Source: Pristiophorus japonicus
Lineage: Eukaryota
Length of the DNA stretch: 64,000 nt
Direction of reading: 5' to 3'
NCBI RefSeq assembly: GCF_044704955.1
Contig: NC_091992.1
Span: 111,910,001 to 111,974,000, forward strand
The notes beneath the pieces were generated by a model. That model saw only the letters and a program-made list of their open reading frames with translations. It made no database searches and was not told the origin of the DNA. Position numbers and translations under genes: made by a program. The stretch's first letter is position 1; each line of letters starts with the position of its first letter. Positions 50,832 to 63,810 of the stretch are shown here, one piece after another.

Positions 50832-51250
50832 GTGTCAGCCGTGGCTCAGTTGGTCGCCTGAGTCAGAAAGTTATGGGTTCATGTCTCACTCCAGAGAATT
50901 GGGCACAAAAATCTAGGCCGACACTCCGTAGTACTGAACGAGTGCTGCACAGTCAAATTAAATGTTAAACCAAGAACCATCTGCTCTCTCAAGTGGGCTT
51001 AAAAATCCCATGGTACTATTTCGAAGAAGAGCAGGGGTGTCCAGGCCAATATTTATTCCTCAATCAACATCACTTAAAAAAAACGATGAATTGGCCATTG
51101 TCACATTGCAGTTTGTGAGAGCTTGCTGTGCACAAATTGGCTGCTGCGTTTCCTACCTTACAATAGTGATTACAATTCAAAAGAACTTCATTACCTGTAA
51201 AGCACTTTGGGGTGTTCTGAGGTCATGACAGGCACTAAATAAATGCTCTT
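50832..51250 (+). mobile_element. SacSINE1/DeuSINE-like SINE
   Basis: gtcagccgtggctcagttgg head; body and tail homologous to 1295-1740. Confidence 0.7.
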
Positions 51251-51459
51251 TTTTCTTCATGCCATACAAAAATAGAAAGTATAGCAATAAGGAACAATGC
51301 AACCAGATTCAAAAGAATTTGGATCTTTTGTGTAGTTGAGTCAGTTTGGTGTTTGCTATTCAACGTAGATTATTGGTTGATCATTACAAGAGGAAGGAAC
51401 TAAAATACACTTTAGCATGATTATTCAGTATGGCAAAAAACTGGGAGAATGGAATGGAT

Positions 51460-51885
51460 TTTTACAGGATGCGGTGTAGTCCAGGTAGCTGTAAGAGTCA
51501 GTGGGCTTATAGTAGTGGATACTGGTCGAAAGCCTATCCCTAGAGATGGGACTTAGAGAAGTCGGGAAGGGAAGAGTCAGAGATGGACCATATGAAGGTG
51601 AAGGAAGGGTGGAAATTGGATGCAAAGTAAATGAAATTTCAGGGCGAGAGCAGGAAACGGCACCGATAGTCATCAATGTACCAGAAAAAGAGGTGAGGGA
51701 GGGGGACCCGAGTAGGACTGGAACAAAGAATGTTCCACATATCCCATGAAAAGGCAGCATAGTTAGGACCCATGCGGGTTCCCATAGCAACACCTTTAAT
51801 TTGGGGGAAGTGAGTGGAGTTATAGGAGCAGTTGTTCAATGCGAGAAGAACAGTCAGGTTGGAGGGTGGTGGAGGACTGGTGGTA
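51460..51885 (-). mobile_element. Penelope-like RT fragment
   Basis: 'QIKGVAMGTRMGPNYA', 'YIDD' and 'YKPTDSYSYLDY' in ORFs 51639..52049 and 51425..51793. Confidence 0.8.
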
Positions 51886-51971
51886 GACTCAGAGAACAGA
51901 GGGGGCCTTGGTTTAACCGAAAGACGACACCTCCGACAGAGCAGTACTCCCTCAGCACTGCACCGGAGTGT

Positions 51972-52805
51972 TAGAAACATAAAAAATAGGAGTAGGCCAT
52001 TCGGCCCTTCGAGCCTGCACCACCATTCAATATAATCCTGGCTGATCATGCAGCTTCAGTACCCCATTCCTGCTTTCTCTCATTACCCCCTGATCCCTTT
52101 AGCCATAAGGGCCACATCTAACTCCCTTTTGAATATATCTAACGAACCGTCCCCAACAACTATCTGTGGTAGAGAATTCCACAGGTTCACAATTCTCTGA
52201 GTGAAGAAGTTTCTCCTCATCTCGGTCCTAGATGGCTTACCCCTTACCCTTAGACTGTTACCCCTGGCTCTGGACTTCCCCAACATCGGGAACATTCTTC
52301 CTACATCTAACCTATCCAATCCTGTCAGAATTTTATATGTTTCTATGAGATTCCCCCTCATCCTTCTAAACTCCAGTGAATACAGGCCCAGTCGATCCAG
52401 TCTTTCTTCATATGTCAGTCCTGTCATCCTGGGAATCAGTCTGGTGAACCTTCGCTGTACTCCCTCAATAGCAAGAACGTCCTTCCTCAGATTAGCAGAC
52501 CAAAACTGAACACAATATTCCAGGTGAGGCCTCACTAAGGCCCTGTACAACTGCAGTAAGACCGCCCTGCTCCTATACTCAAATCCCCCAGCTATGAAGG
52601 CCAACATACCATTTGCCTTCTTCACTGCCTGCTGTACCTGCATGGCAACCTTCAATGACTGATGTACCATGACACCCAGGTCTCGTTGCACCTCCCCTTT
52701 TCCTAATCTGTCACCATTCAGATAATATTCTGTCTTCCTGTTTTTGCCCTCAAAGTGGATAAACTCATATTTATCCACATTATACTGCATATCTGCCATG
52801 CATCT
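51972..52805 (-). mobile_element. 5'-truncated CR1 nested in a - strand SINE (SINE parts about 51900-51970 and 52806-52890)
   Basis: RT C-terminus in ORF 52083..52886, whose first residues come from the SINE head. Confidence 0.88.
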
Positions 52806-52973
52806 GCCGAGGTGTTTGTGCTCAAGTCCCTGGAGTGGCGACTTGAACCCACAACCTTCTGACTCAGAGGTGAGGATGCTGCCCACTGAGCTACTTGACC
52901 GATAAACTAAAACGTCTAGAAAAACGTATTTTGAATTATTGTAATCGATATTTCATTGCAATTTCTGACTCAC

Positions 52974-53175
52974 GTGCCGCATCTTCTCTTAAACCTCTCT
53001 TTAATCGCCAGGATGCGTTTATTTGCCTTGCTTCGTTTCTTTTTGGAATCAACGAAAAGTGTCTGAAAGGTTTCTCTTGGGCAAACAAGGCCATAGAGCG
53101 GCGGCGGCGGCGGCGGCCACCCGGTCCGGCAGCGTGGGCAGCGGAGCCTTCCAGAAACATCGCTCTTTGACGCCG
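52974..53175 (-). other. C17orf80: Probable first (5' UTR) exon of C17orf80
   Basis: Consensus donor GCAC|gtgagtca at the CpG island edge. Start site unknown. Contains a (CCG)7 repeat. Confidence 0.6.
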
Positions 53176-53682
53176 GGCCTGACGGGCGCGCATGCGCCCT
53201 CTTCCAAGGGCCGAATATCCGGTCCGCTCGCTCTCGGGTCCCCGCACGGAGGAGCGGGGATTGCGGCGCGTGCGCACGGGGATGTAAACAGGAAAGCGAA
53301 GGAGTTCCGAGAGACCAGTGGGTCCCGCGGTCAGAGAAAGCGGAGCGGCGAGGGGGAGATCGACAGCCGGAGAGAGAGAGAGAGAGAGAGTAGGGTGACA
53401 GACAGACAGCGGGAGGCTACCGGACCCAACCCACAGAGAATTATCCCTGCTGACAGCCTCGACCTTTTTCGGATTCAGTCTTTTTTAAAAAGGAAGGGGC
53501 GAGTACTGACTGCGCAGCCGCAGCCTGTGGACCGCGCAGCCGCAGTCGGTGGCAGCCTGTGGACCGCGCAGCCGCAGTCTGTGGGCGGCGCGGCACGTCA
53601 CTATTAACGCGTCGGAGGGCCGGCTCCGCCCCGCCCCTGGCCCGAGGGCAGCACAGACGCAGCGAGCAGCAGCCCGGGTTAG

Positions 53683-53699
53683 ATGTTATCAGACGGCAG
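53683..53699 (+). CDS. FAM104A: FAM104A/VCF1 coding exon 1
   Basis: ATG TTA TCA GAC GGC AG|gtgagt = MLSDG(R). Phase 2 joins exon 2 to give RKRRR. Confidence 0.8.
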
Positions 53700-56696
53700 G
53701 TGAGTGGTAGCTTGGCTTCCCCCTGGACAAGTCCGCCGCGGGGAGCCCCCCTCTGCGTTTGTTCGGGGCATCGACACCGTGAAAAGGGGGTGGTCACAAT
53801 AGGGCGGCGGCCGGGGTTGGCCTGTAAAGGTCGACCCACATCGGGACCCCGTTACTTGGGCTGTGGGGGCCCGGGGCTGGAGGAGAGGATGGCGATCCTG
53901 GGGCTTATTGCGGTGTGAAGGGGTCCCGAGTGTCCGGGGAGGTGTGCGGCTGAGGCAGCCCCCCCCCCCCCCAAAGCGGCTGCTCCTCCCCATTCTGCAG
54001 CAATAACGTGAGCGAGTGAAACGCTGATGTGCCGAGGCCCAATGGCGTAGGCGGCAGCTTGTGTGTTAATGCATGTTTTCAGGCATTTAACTGAAGGCAG
54101 GTTTGTACCGATCGATTTCGTGTCATCTTTCGCCTGCCCGGCCTTGTGTTCGGTAATATTGCCTCTGATGGGGATTTGTTAAAGGGACATTGTCCCTTCC
54201 CAGCCGTAGATGTATTGTCTGGGTTTCTTTTTCCTTCTCCCCAATATGGTGGCAGCTCATTGTGAATTTGGGTTTGATCGACCTACAGGCTACAAATGGT
54301 GTATTTTGGCTTTGTGGTCTTGGGTTGATGCAGCACCGACGGTTTAATACATTGAGAAGTTATACCATTTTTAAAATGATCAGGATCACCTTTTGTGTCC
54401 CTGTTGCCAACGGTTTCTAATGTATTTTGCATCATCATTAGTTTCACTTTGTTACTGTTCTTCGAATCAATGGATGACACATTTATTTATCCAGTAATTT
54501 GTTTATAGAACCAATAAATTCCCTTCATACTAAATTATCAAATGTGCAAATTAGCTGTGGCTAGGACTTTATTCCTCCGGTTAGAAGGTAAATGCTATTT
54601 ATCTAGATATGTCATGCCTTTTTTCTGGCAAATTGTTTAGACAGACAGCATACTCCCAAATCAAGACTCAGACCATTTATTATCCTAAGATGATATTTTG
54701 GAGGTGCATAACAGTGGGCTTGTTTATCCTTATGAGTAATTACCTAGCTGCTCTTTTTCTCTCTCTCTGATGAGTATCCTCACAGAACAACGGCTAGGTT
54801 CCCATAGAAGGTAGAGCTGAGCTTCAGTTAATCTTCTTCATGGACAAGATGTATTAAAGGAACAGGCATATTTGGTACTCCAACAATTATATATTTGATA
54901 ATCTGGGTTAATGGACAAGTGACTCAAACCCACTGATTGGTACCAATTTAGTATCCCAAAAATCTTATTAAAGTTTGCACTGCAAAATAGTTCATTTGCT
55001 CTCTGATGCTACGGTGATTAATTTCTCTCAACAAATCTTGGAGATTCCTGTGATTTTTATCCCCAACCTTTGCTCAACCAACAACTGGTTGAGAGAGTGG
55101 TGTTAGAATGCCAGCCTCTCAACCTTTTTCCTCGAGATGCAGATTTAAATTCAGCCCAGAATGAAGGGATGAAAGTGTAAGAACTATGCAGGTATGAGCG
55201 AAATGAACCAGTCTGTTCATGGATACAAATCCAAAGCAGATTTGCTTTTAACTTAGCTCACAAGAAGTGGAGTCATTCTGGTGTAGTCATGGGTGTTCTG
55301 AAATGAGAGTTTGTGTGCCTGACATTTGGTACCTCATTTCTCAGTGGATAACGGAAGGGTTGAATGTCCTCTGCAATTGAGTTTCATGAATGCCACATGG
55401 AAGATGAGACCTACTGTCTTGGCTTCAATATCCAACCTTGGACCTGGTTCTCTAAACTTAAGCATGCTGTATTCTAGTTTATCATTATCCTTGCTAAAAT
55501 CTTAGTATAATAACTAAATCTTACCACTGGTGTCAGCATCAGGCTTAGCTGCAACACATATCTTAACACATGGTAAAGGTCTGTCTACAATGCACCATAA
55601 GTTTTAAATACAGAACATCCTTTTCTTCACCCTTGTCACATTTCTGTTTCCCATCACCAGCAGTGGTTGGAAGCAGTTTTGTTGTGGACTCATCAGCTAA
55701 GGGCTAAATTTAGATTTCACAAATTCGCTTTACCTCTACAATGGCCATTTAATCCCATCAGCCTTAGCTGCATTCATAGCTGGGTTCCAGAGATAAAAGT
55801 GTGGTCAAGCAATGAATTATTCAGGCAAGTTACCAAAAACATAGATTTTTTGATGTATCTACCTTTAATTTAGAGTTTCAATCCCTCATTGAAATTTTTG
55901 GGATAAAGGTTGAAAAGAGATATGTGAAAAGTATGAAATATCCTCCATGCTTATGAATGATTAAATTGAGTGTCTTACATTAAATGCTGCACTTGTACAG
56001 TAACACTACTGTATAGAATACAGAATTTCTTATTTGATTCCTTCATTTGTGGGGGAAATGCTGAACTCAACTGCTTGCATGGAGGAGCCTGAACAATGCT
56101 TTAGATTTGTAAAATGCCAGTTAGATAGCCTTGAGGAATGATCTCTCATAACTTTCTTGACATGGGGGTTGGTTCTTACAACTATTTTTGTATATACATT
56201 CTGTAATATATCTCTATTATAATTTGGAGGATGTAAATGAATGGCTATCTCTAATCTGGATCCATATACCCAGAGTAAAATCCATTGATGGTCAAAGCGC
56301 CATAAAATGAAAGACAAAGTTTTTTGGGGAGAGAACCAATGATGGGGTGTGATTGATCTGTGACGGATGCAGAACTCAATTCAGGCAAATTTTGCTTCAC
56401 CAGACAGGAAGAAATGGATCTGCAGAAGTCTCTGATATATTGCAATACTTGACTGGCTGGGCCAATGATGCAGGAAGTTACCAGTTAGAAATGATTATAT
56501 GGATATTAGGTGATGAGTTCTGAGGTACAATTGTGTCCTATAAGTGGACTGACCTGATGACTTGTAATAAATATAATTTATGAAGCACACAGGACTACAA
56601 GGCTCCTCACTTTACAGTTTATTTGCCTTGTCTCTTTTCAAAATTGACAATCTCCCTGTAACCTGAAAAATTCATCAATGGTATACCCTGTGTATT

Positions 56697-56972
56697 TAGG
56701 AACAGCAGTTGGCCATTCATCCCCTTGAGCCTGTTCCATCATTCAGTTAGATCATGGATGATCTGTATCTTCACTCCATCTACCCGCCTTGGTTCCATAA
56801 CCCTTAATACCCTTACAAAAATCTCTCGGTTTTAAAATTTTCAATTGACCTAGCCTCAACAGCTTTTGGGGGGGGGGGGGGGGGTGAGAGAGAGAGAGTT
56901 CCAGGCTTCCACTACCATTCGTGTGAAGAAATGCTTTCTGCCATCACTCCTAGCTCTAATTTTAAGATTCTG
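56697..56972 (-). mobile_element. Old CR1 3' fragment containing a poly-G run
   Basis: taggaacagcagttggccattc...gagcctgttcc, a CR1 3' UTR on the - strand. Confidence 0.65.
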
Positions 56973-57852
56973 CATTTAATTGTGTATCCACGAGCAATCC
57001 TGTTCACAAGCACATGGTAACATAATTTCACAATACCACAGTACGATGGACATGTGTGACACTATAATTAAATGTAGTTCAATAATTAAATTACAAGAGC
57101 ATGGTTAAAGTGGGATGTGGTATTTTTTATAGTTTTGCCAACACCAATGGAGATAGGATTTTACTGTGCCAATTCGTCAATTTTATTTAGAAGGCGAAAG
57201 CTAGTGGTTTTGCCAGTATACAACCCGCCACTGAACCTCGCCCCTTGAGTGATTAATTCATATCGAAGAGCACTGGTGAGATTTACAGGAAAAAGATACT
57301 GAAGTTGGATACGAGAAGAAAATTGCAGAACTGTCATATCAATGAGGTTTCGGGCTCCTGCATTTTGTCCAAATAGCTGCATCATTTCCATCATCTAAAA
57401 TGGTCCCACAAGTTCCAGATTTCAGCAGCATTTTAAGATTGGTACATGTCTCAATAGATTGTTTTGTAGTTTACAGGGATGTGCAGAAATAATAGAGCTG
57501 ACTGCTTCAGGAAAAGCATAATTTGGCAGCATTATTGCATGAAATGTCAGAAAATGTAACCAAACATTCTTGCAACTGATTTGTGCCATTCTTCAAGTTT
57601 TAACAATATTTTGAGAAGGAGACAAAGATTGAAATGTTAAGTAATAAAAATGTGGGCCCAAACTAGTTGGAAAAACAGGAGACAACAAAGTCATTCCAAG
57701 TATGTTAGCCAGCCAGACTCAGCACTAGAACATGGGTACAGTATGTACTTTCCAAGTAAGTGATGCAGAATGTTCACTTGTGCCATCTAAGGAAATGCTT
57801 TTAAAACCACAGGATCAATCCTATTTGAAGAATTCTAGAGACTTGAGTTAAA

Positions 57853-58235
57853 GAAAGAACTTGCATTTATATAGCAACTTTCATGGCCTCAGGGCATCCC
57901 AGAATGCTTCAGACTATGAAGTATCGTTGAAGTGTAATGAGGAAATGCATCAACCAATTTGCATACAGCAAGCTGACACAAACGGCAATGCAATAATGAC
58001 CAGATAATCTGTTTCAGGTGTTGGTTGAGGGATAACTATTGGCTAGGACACCTAAGATAATGTCCCTGCTGTTCGAATAGTGCCATCATGGGGCAAACGT
58101 GGCCTCGGTTTAACGATTCCTCTGAAAGACAGCATCTCTACAGTGCAACACTCCCTCAGCTATTTTACTGGAATGTCAGTCTGAATAACGTGCTCGAGTC
58201 TCTGGAGTGGGGCTTGCACCCACAATCCTCGGCTC
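57853..58235 (-). mobile_element. SacSINE1/DeuSINE-like SINE
   Basis: Reverse-complement homology to 1295-1740. Confidence 0.65.
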
Positions 58236-59215
58236 AATAACAACTTGCATTTATATAGTGCTTTTAACACAGCAAACATCCCAAGGCACTAAGCAAGACC
58301 GTTATCAATAAAAACATTTTTGACACCGAACCATAGAAGGAGATATTAGAACAGATAACCAAAAGCCTGGTCAAAGAGGTGGGCTTTAAGGAGACACAAG
58401 TGGAGAGATTTAGGGAGGGAATTGCAGAACTTGGAGCCAAGGCAGCTGAAAGCACGACCGCCAATGGTGGAGCGATTAAAATCGCGGATGTGCAAGAAGC
58501 CAGAATTGGAGGAGTGCAGAGATCTCGAAGGCTTGTAGGGCTGGAGGAGTTTACAGAGATAGGGAGGGGCGAGGCCATGGAGGGATTTAAAACGAGGATG
58601 AGGATTTGAAAATTTGAGACATTGTCAGACCGGGAGCCAATGTAGGTTAGCAAGCACAGGGGTGATCGGTGAACGAGACTGGGAGCGAGTTAGAAGCAGC
58701 AGAGTTTTGGATGAGCACAAGTTTATCTCGGGTGGAAGATGGGAGGCGGGCCATTAGAGCATTGGAATAGCCACGTCTGGAGGTAACAAAGGCATTGGAG
58801 ACGGGTGATGCTACAGAGGTGGAAATAGGCAGTGTTGATGATGGAGCGGATATATGGTCGGAAGCTCATTTCAAACACCACATGAAGGTTGTGAATGGTC
58901 TGGCTCAGCTTCAGACAGTTGCAAAGGATGGAAATGGTAGCTGGGGACTGAGGACAATGGCTTCAGTCTTCCCAATATTTAGTTGGAGAAAATTTCTGCT
59001 TATCCAATATTAGATTTCGGATAAGCAGTGTGACAAATCAGAGACGGTGGAGGGGTCCAGAAAGGTGGTGGTGAGATAGAGCTGCATGTCGTCAGCGTAC
59101 ATGTGGAACCTGATGATGTGTTTTCGGATGATATCGCCGAGGGGTAGCATGTAAATGAGAAATAGAAGGGGACATGGATCGATCCTTGGTGGGGGGCTCC
59201 AGAGATAATGGTGTT
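58236..59215 (-). mobile_element. Degenerate L2 LINE 3' part
   Basis: Reverse-complement homology to 16310-17575, including the YADD codons (gtcgtcagcgta) at about 59090. Confidence 0.8.
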
Positions 59216-60375
59216 ACCATTGAGTTAAGAGAGAGAGTATTTGATTGATTGCGCTGGTACAGAATCTAAACAGGACACTATCATCTTATAGAAAGGAAAA
59301 ACAACTAGAGATTGTGCAGCAGAACCAAAGAATGCAGCCCAACTAAGACATTTTTCACCAAAGTGGACACTAAGGGAATCAAGGGATATGGAAATAGGGT
59401 GGGAAAGTGAAGTTGCGGTGGCAGGTCAGCTATTATCTTTTTGAATGTTAGAGCAGGCTCAAAGGGCCATATGGCCCATTCCTCCTACTTCTTAGGTTCT
59501 TAAGAAAAACACATTTTTGAACTGTTCACCCATTCCATTTTCCAGAAACAGTATCCCTCCTTCCTGCAGTCACAGCTAAAACCACTGGTCGGGGGCTAGG
59601 TCTCGCTGACTGTGGCAGGATTGGGGGAGGGGCGGATTGTGGTGAGGGCACAAACTCGAGCTTGGCTGAGTTCCAAATTCATACTACCCTTTCTTTTTCA
59701 CGCGAAGTGTAGTGGAAGCTGGGAACTGGACAATGCTGACTGACCCACTCCGAACACTGGTGACCGAGGTTTCTGAGAGCGAGATGGAGGCAGTCCCAAA
59801 AGTCATGTTGGCTAACCTCAAAATAAGAGGGGGGGGGGGGGGGTCATAGCCCTACCCCCCTCCGCGGCTAAAACACATTGCAGTGCCTGGTGTTGTATTG
59901 AGCTGTACAAACCAACAATTTAGCCAACATGGTCATCAGTTTTGTATGACACCAACACAGTGGGCATCTCCTTTCATAATGAACTTTCGCACTGAGCTCT
60001 GAATAGCTTGCTATTCTCAATCTTTATAATTGTTGAATACAGCTTTAAAATGTTGTACAATTATTATTCAAGGATCATCTTTTGAGAATCTTATGATAAA
60101 AACATAAGAACTAGGAACAGGAGAAGGCCATTTGGCCCCTTGAGCCTGCTCTGCCATTCAGTGAGATCATGGCTGATCTACCTCAACTCCATTTGTCTGC
60201 ACTATCCCCATATCCCTATCCCTTGATAGGCGGTGAACTGAGTGATTGGTTATGCTTAAGGAATTGTATATCTTAATTGGTGTTTGTAGATTTCTAGGTA
60301 TTTTGTCTGCAGATTTAAATTAAAGTCCTGTTCTCTCTCTTTCCTCTTCCCACCCCCCCCCCCCCCAAATTTCAG

Positions 60376-60487
60376 GAAGCGAAGGCGGAGCTGTAATGAT
60401 GAAGAAAACCAACCTGTCCCACCGCCAAAACGTCTCAGCAACAATACTTTGTTGCAGGATCTACCAAGAGACAGCTGGGACTGCGAG
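60376..60487 (+). CDS. FAM104A: FAM104A/VCF1 coding exon 2
   Basis: tttcag acceptor, (R)KRRRSCNDEENQPVPPPKRLSNNTLLQDLPRDSWDCE, gttaga donor. 112 nt. Contains the family NLS motif. Confidence 0.92.
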
Positions 60488-62341
60488 GTTAGAAATGAAT
60501 TGCAAAATTGTAATAAGTAACCTCCTGATAATACCCTTCTGTCAAATAGTCTGCCAAAGCTAACTGTCCAGGATAGGCACTTGACTGAGGTAATGGTTTG
60601 TTCCTGTTCCGGAACAGTATCCCAGCATGAATCACTACCTTTAGGAAAAGGGAGGGGGAAGAAGGGGAGAAAGATGAAAATATGCATATCAACAGGACTA
60701 AGGACCTCTTAATATCAGAGCAGGAATTGGAACTTGATGTCATGTAACGGAGAACTGCTTTTGTAAACTTAAAAGTCAACTTTTGTCTTTTTTTCTTTAA
60801 CAACTCTTTTTTTTTAGAAATTTCATAAGGAGATGCCTTTACTAACTGACCTTTTCTCAAAAATGCTGTTTCTGCACAACATGCAATATGTTTTATGTGG
60901 CCTTTTTAGTTGTTTAAAAAAACCCGACATGGGTGGAAGCATTAATTATAAAGATTCAGCCCAGAGCTGCCTCAGAAGCTCAATAAGATAGTGGGGGGGG
61001 GATTCTTGATATTGGGTGCCTTCATTTAAATTAGTTCCCACATTTCTCGGGGTGGGGAAGGTGGGTTGCAGAAGTTCCTATCATTAACTGACTGCATGAT
61101 CATAACAAGAAAACAGTGGCCACAGTGCGAGTGAACCTTGCAGCAAGTTCTAGATGGTGCTGTAGTCTTCTAAATACAGTTTGAAAAGACTATCTTAACC
61201 ATGGAATTTGTATGTGAAATATGATGGTTTGAAGATGTTTTTGTCCCTTTCCTCCACATCAAGGAAACAAATAGGAGGCATTTTGATAATTCAGCTAATA
61301 TTTTTGTTGAATTTCTTCATCCCTAATATTTTCTCTCCTTGCCTCCTTCCATACCCAAAAGAAGAATGAGGGACAGACTTTCAACTTACTGCATTTGGGT
61401 AAATTGGATCGACTGAGCCTAGTGCACAGAGAAAAATTGGGGTAGGAAGGATTGTACACCAATGTTCCCTCTGAAATATTTTGGCCCGCGCGACCCCTTT
61501 AATGGGCTGTGTGGGCCATTCAAAATTTGGGATCAAGATCCACCAACGAGAGAGCTGCCTTTTCCAATCCTATAGGAATGGGAAGTTCAAACAGCAGAAG
61601 AAACACCCGGGAGCCGGCAATGAAGAGTGGATGATGGAGCAAAGTAGGGGCAATAGCAAGTACACAATAGAGCGGGGAAGGCCTCCAGTATGACTGTCAC
61701 ATGGAGAAGACCATCCTTTTTCAGTACACTAGTCTGCCTGGATTTGGATTGTAATGAATGAGAAGTGGTTTCCCTCCAGTCTACCAAATTTAGCAGAAGT
61801 CCGCTTAGGACCCAGGTTCCTGATGGCTCTTTTTTTCCAGCTGTCTTTCCTAATGACTTGTTGCAGTGTAAAGTATAAAGTTATGCCAAAAAGTTAAATG
61901 TTTAATTGGTGAATTTGATATTCTTTGACTGTGACATTGCCTCTCCAACTGTGTTTTTAGACTGAAGTTTCTCAGTGTTGAAGGTTACCATTTGTTGGGC
62001 TGCTGTCCAGTTCTGAATTTACATGCTGCATTGTTGAACTGGTTATGGGGCAACATGTGAAAGAATGCTGCAGCTATTGACTGATTTTGTACATCCACAA
62101 AGGAATACATATACATGCATCATTTTCTCTCTGCTTAAAATATATAGGGATGGTATTGGTATTCAGCTGGAGATGTGGCGTTTCTGGCAATTCGCAACAG
62201 CCATATGATGTACCAAGATGCCAGTATATGAAGAAATGTACACATAACTTCTGTGTTTAAAGGTTTCAGCTATGTATATTGTATGTTACAGTTGTATTCC
62301 AGAGTTGCTCTCTCACCAGCTAAACTTTCTTCTTTCTGCAG

Positions 62342-62566
62342 TCCTCGAGCAGTGACAGCAGCAGTATTATCAGCAGTCCTGACAGACCCAACGGACACTT
62401 AACAGCTGAAGCCAATTTAAGCCGGACCAAGCCAGGCAACAGCTCGACTATGCTTCAGTTTTCTGATTCCAGTGAACAGTCTGCACAAGGCCCGTACTTC
62501 CAAATTAATCAGATCCTGAGGGAGGCACACTTCTATAGCTTGCATCAGCGTGGACACCAAACGTGA
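62342..62566 (+). CDS. FAM104A: FAM104A/VCF1 coding exon 3
   Basis: tctttctgcag acceptor, SSSSDSSSIISSPDR...QGPYFQINQILREAHFYSLHQRGHQT*. Conserved C-terminal p97/VCP-binding helix. Spliced product is 117 aa. Confidence 0.95.
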   Translation, partial: SSSSDSSSIISSPDRPNGHLTAEANLSRTKPGNSSTMLQFSDSSEQSAQGPYFQINQILREAHFYSLHQRGHQT

Positions 62567-63519
62567 CCAGAATGTGGGACTGTGTGCCTTCAATGAAGGA
62601 CAGGGACTGTAAATGTAATCTTTTGCAGTGGATGTTTGTACTTAGATGATTTAAATTGCACAATCTTTTCCTTTTTTGCTCCATTTGGTTAAAAATTTAC
62701 CATCTCTTCACTCTTTAAATGCCCTTGGACAAATGTAATATCAAAGTTGTGGGGACTATAATAGCAAACTGTAGCCTTGATTGCTTCATTTACCCTGTCT
62801 GGCACAATTCTAACTCACTAAATCTGTTTTCTATGGAATTAGCCTGCAAATGAGCAAAGTCCTCCAGTGCTATTGCAACAATAGTTGTTGAAATTGCTTT
62901 GTAATGAAGAAACAACAAGAAGGCGTTTATTTTTCATACGCAGTAGGGTCACCTTGGTCGAAGAAGTTTTTTTTGCATTCCACTGCATTTTAAAAAGTGA
63001 TATGAATCTGAATTACAACCAGATTGAAGGTGTTTTAAAATGACCTGAACTGTACTAGGCTTACAGCAGTTGTCCTGACATTTTACAATCATTTTTTTCT
63101 TGAGCCCCTCTAATGTTATAGCTGCAAACTTCCAGTTGTTGTGAATTTGCAACTGTCTTTCAGAGAATGAAGCAGATAGTGGAATTTATATAATTACTGG
63201 AGTAAAAACTGGTATCTTGTCTCTGGTGCAGAGTTTCCAGCCATCAGGCTGGTATAAAAGATTTGATCTGAGAACCTGTTTAACCAAAAAATGTCAAGAT
63301 GGGTTCTGTTAATCCTTGGCTATATAGTTCTTTGTATAGTTCTGGGGTTGCATTGGGTACAGATCATTTTAACCTGTACTAAACCTGAACATGTCCTTAA
63401 CTGCAAATACAGCTTAAAAATTGTGGCTATAGTTATGAGCAGGTTCCAGATGTCTGTATTTTTCAGCTTTTACATGTAACTGTAATTGATGTGATACTTT
63501 CAAATGGCTGTTATGAGCT

Positions 63520-63810
63520 TCCCTGATGGCTCAGAGTGAATTGTGAGTAGTCGAGCCATACAAACCGTACAGGTTCGAGGTTCGCCCCCTGGCCTGCACT
63601 GTTTGTTGGTCTCAGTTGGGACCGCAGTGTGGGTTCTACTGATTATCTTACAACCCGTGCTGGAAATGTGCATGTGGGGACAAGCTCAAGCAAAATACAG
63701 CATGAGGTTCAGCTGCAGTGACCCCTATGGTCAACTCTGCTGCTGACAGCTAGGTTATGTACCAGAGGATGTCTTTGGAGCAGTATCCTAGCAAGGAGTC
63801 ACATCTGCCA
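63520..63810 (+). mobile_element. Old tRNA-derived SINE downstream of the FAM104A stop
   Basis: tggctcag A-box-like and ggttcg B-box-like motifs. Degenerate; family not assigned. Confidence 0.4.

Larger units (their letters stand above)
52950..54060. promoter_or_regulatory. CpG island / bidirectional promoter of C17orf80 (-) and FAM104A (+)
   Basis: High GC and CpG content. NRF1-type GCGCATGCGC at 53188-53197, GC box near 53626, CACGTCA near 53594. Divergent first-exon donors at 52974 (-) and 53699 (+). Confidence 0.85.

Noticed and set aside
50832-50900. tRNA-like A/B boxes here and at other SINE heads
   Set aside because: They continue into SINE bodies and do not form a complete cloverleaf.
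53023-53993. Long overlapping ORFs in the CpG island
   Set aside because: Stop-poor GC-rich DNA. Only the 17-nt FAM104A exon is supported by downstream homology.
55085-55400. Faint LF-SINE-like similarity in FAM104A intron 1
   Set aside because: Too degenerate to support without an HMM search.
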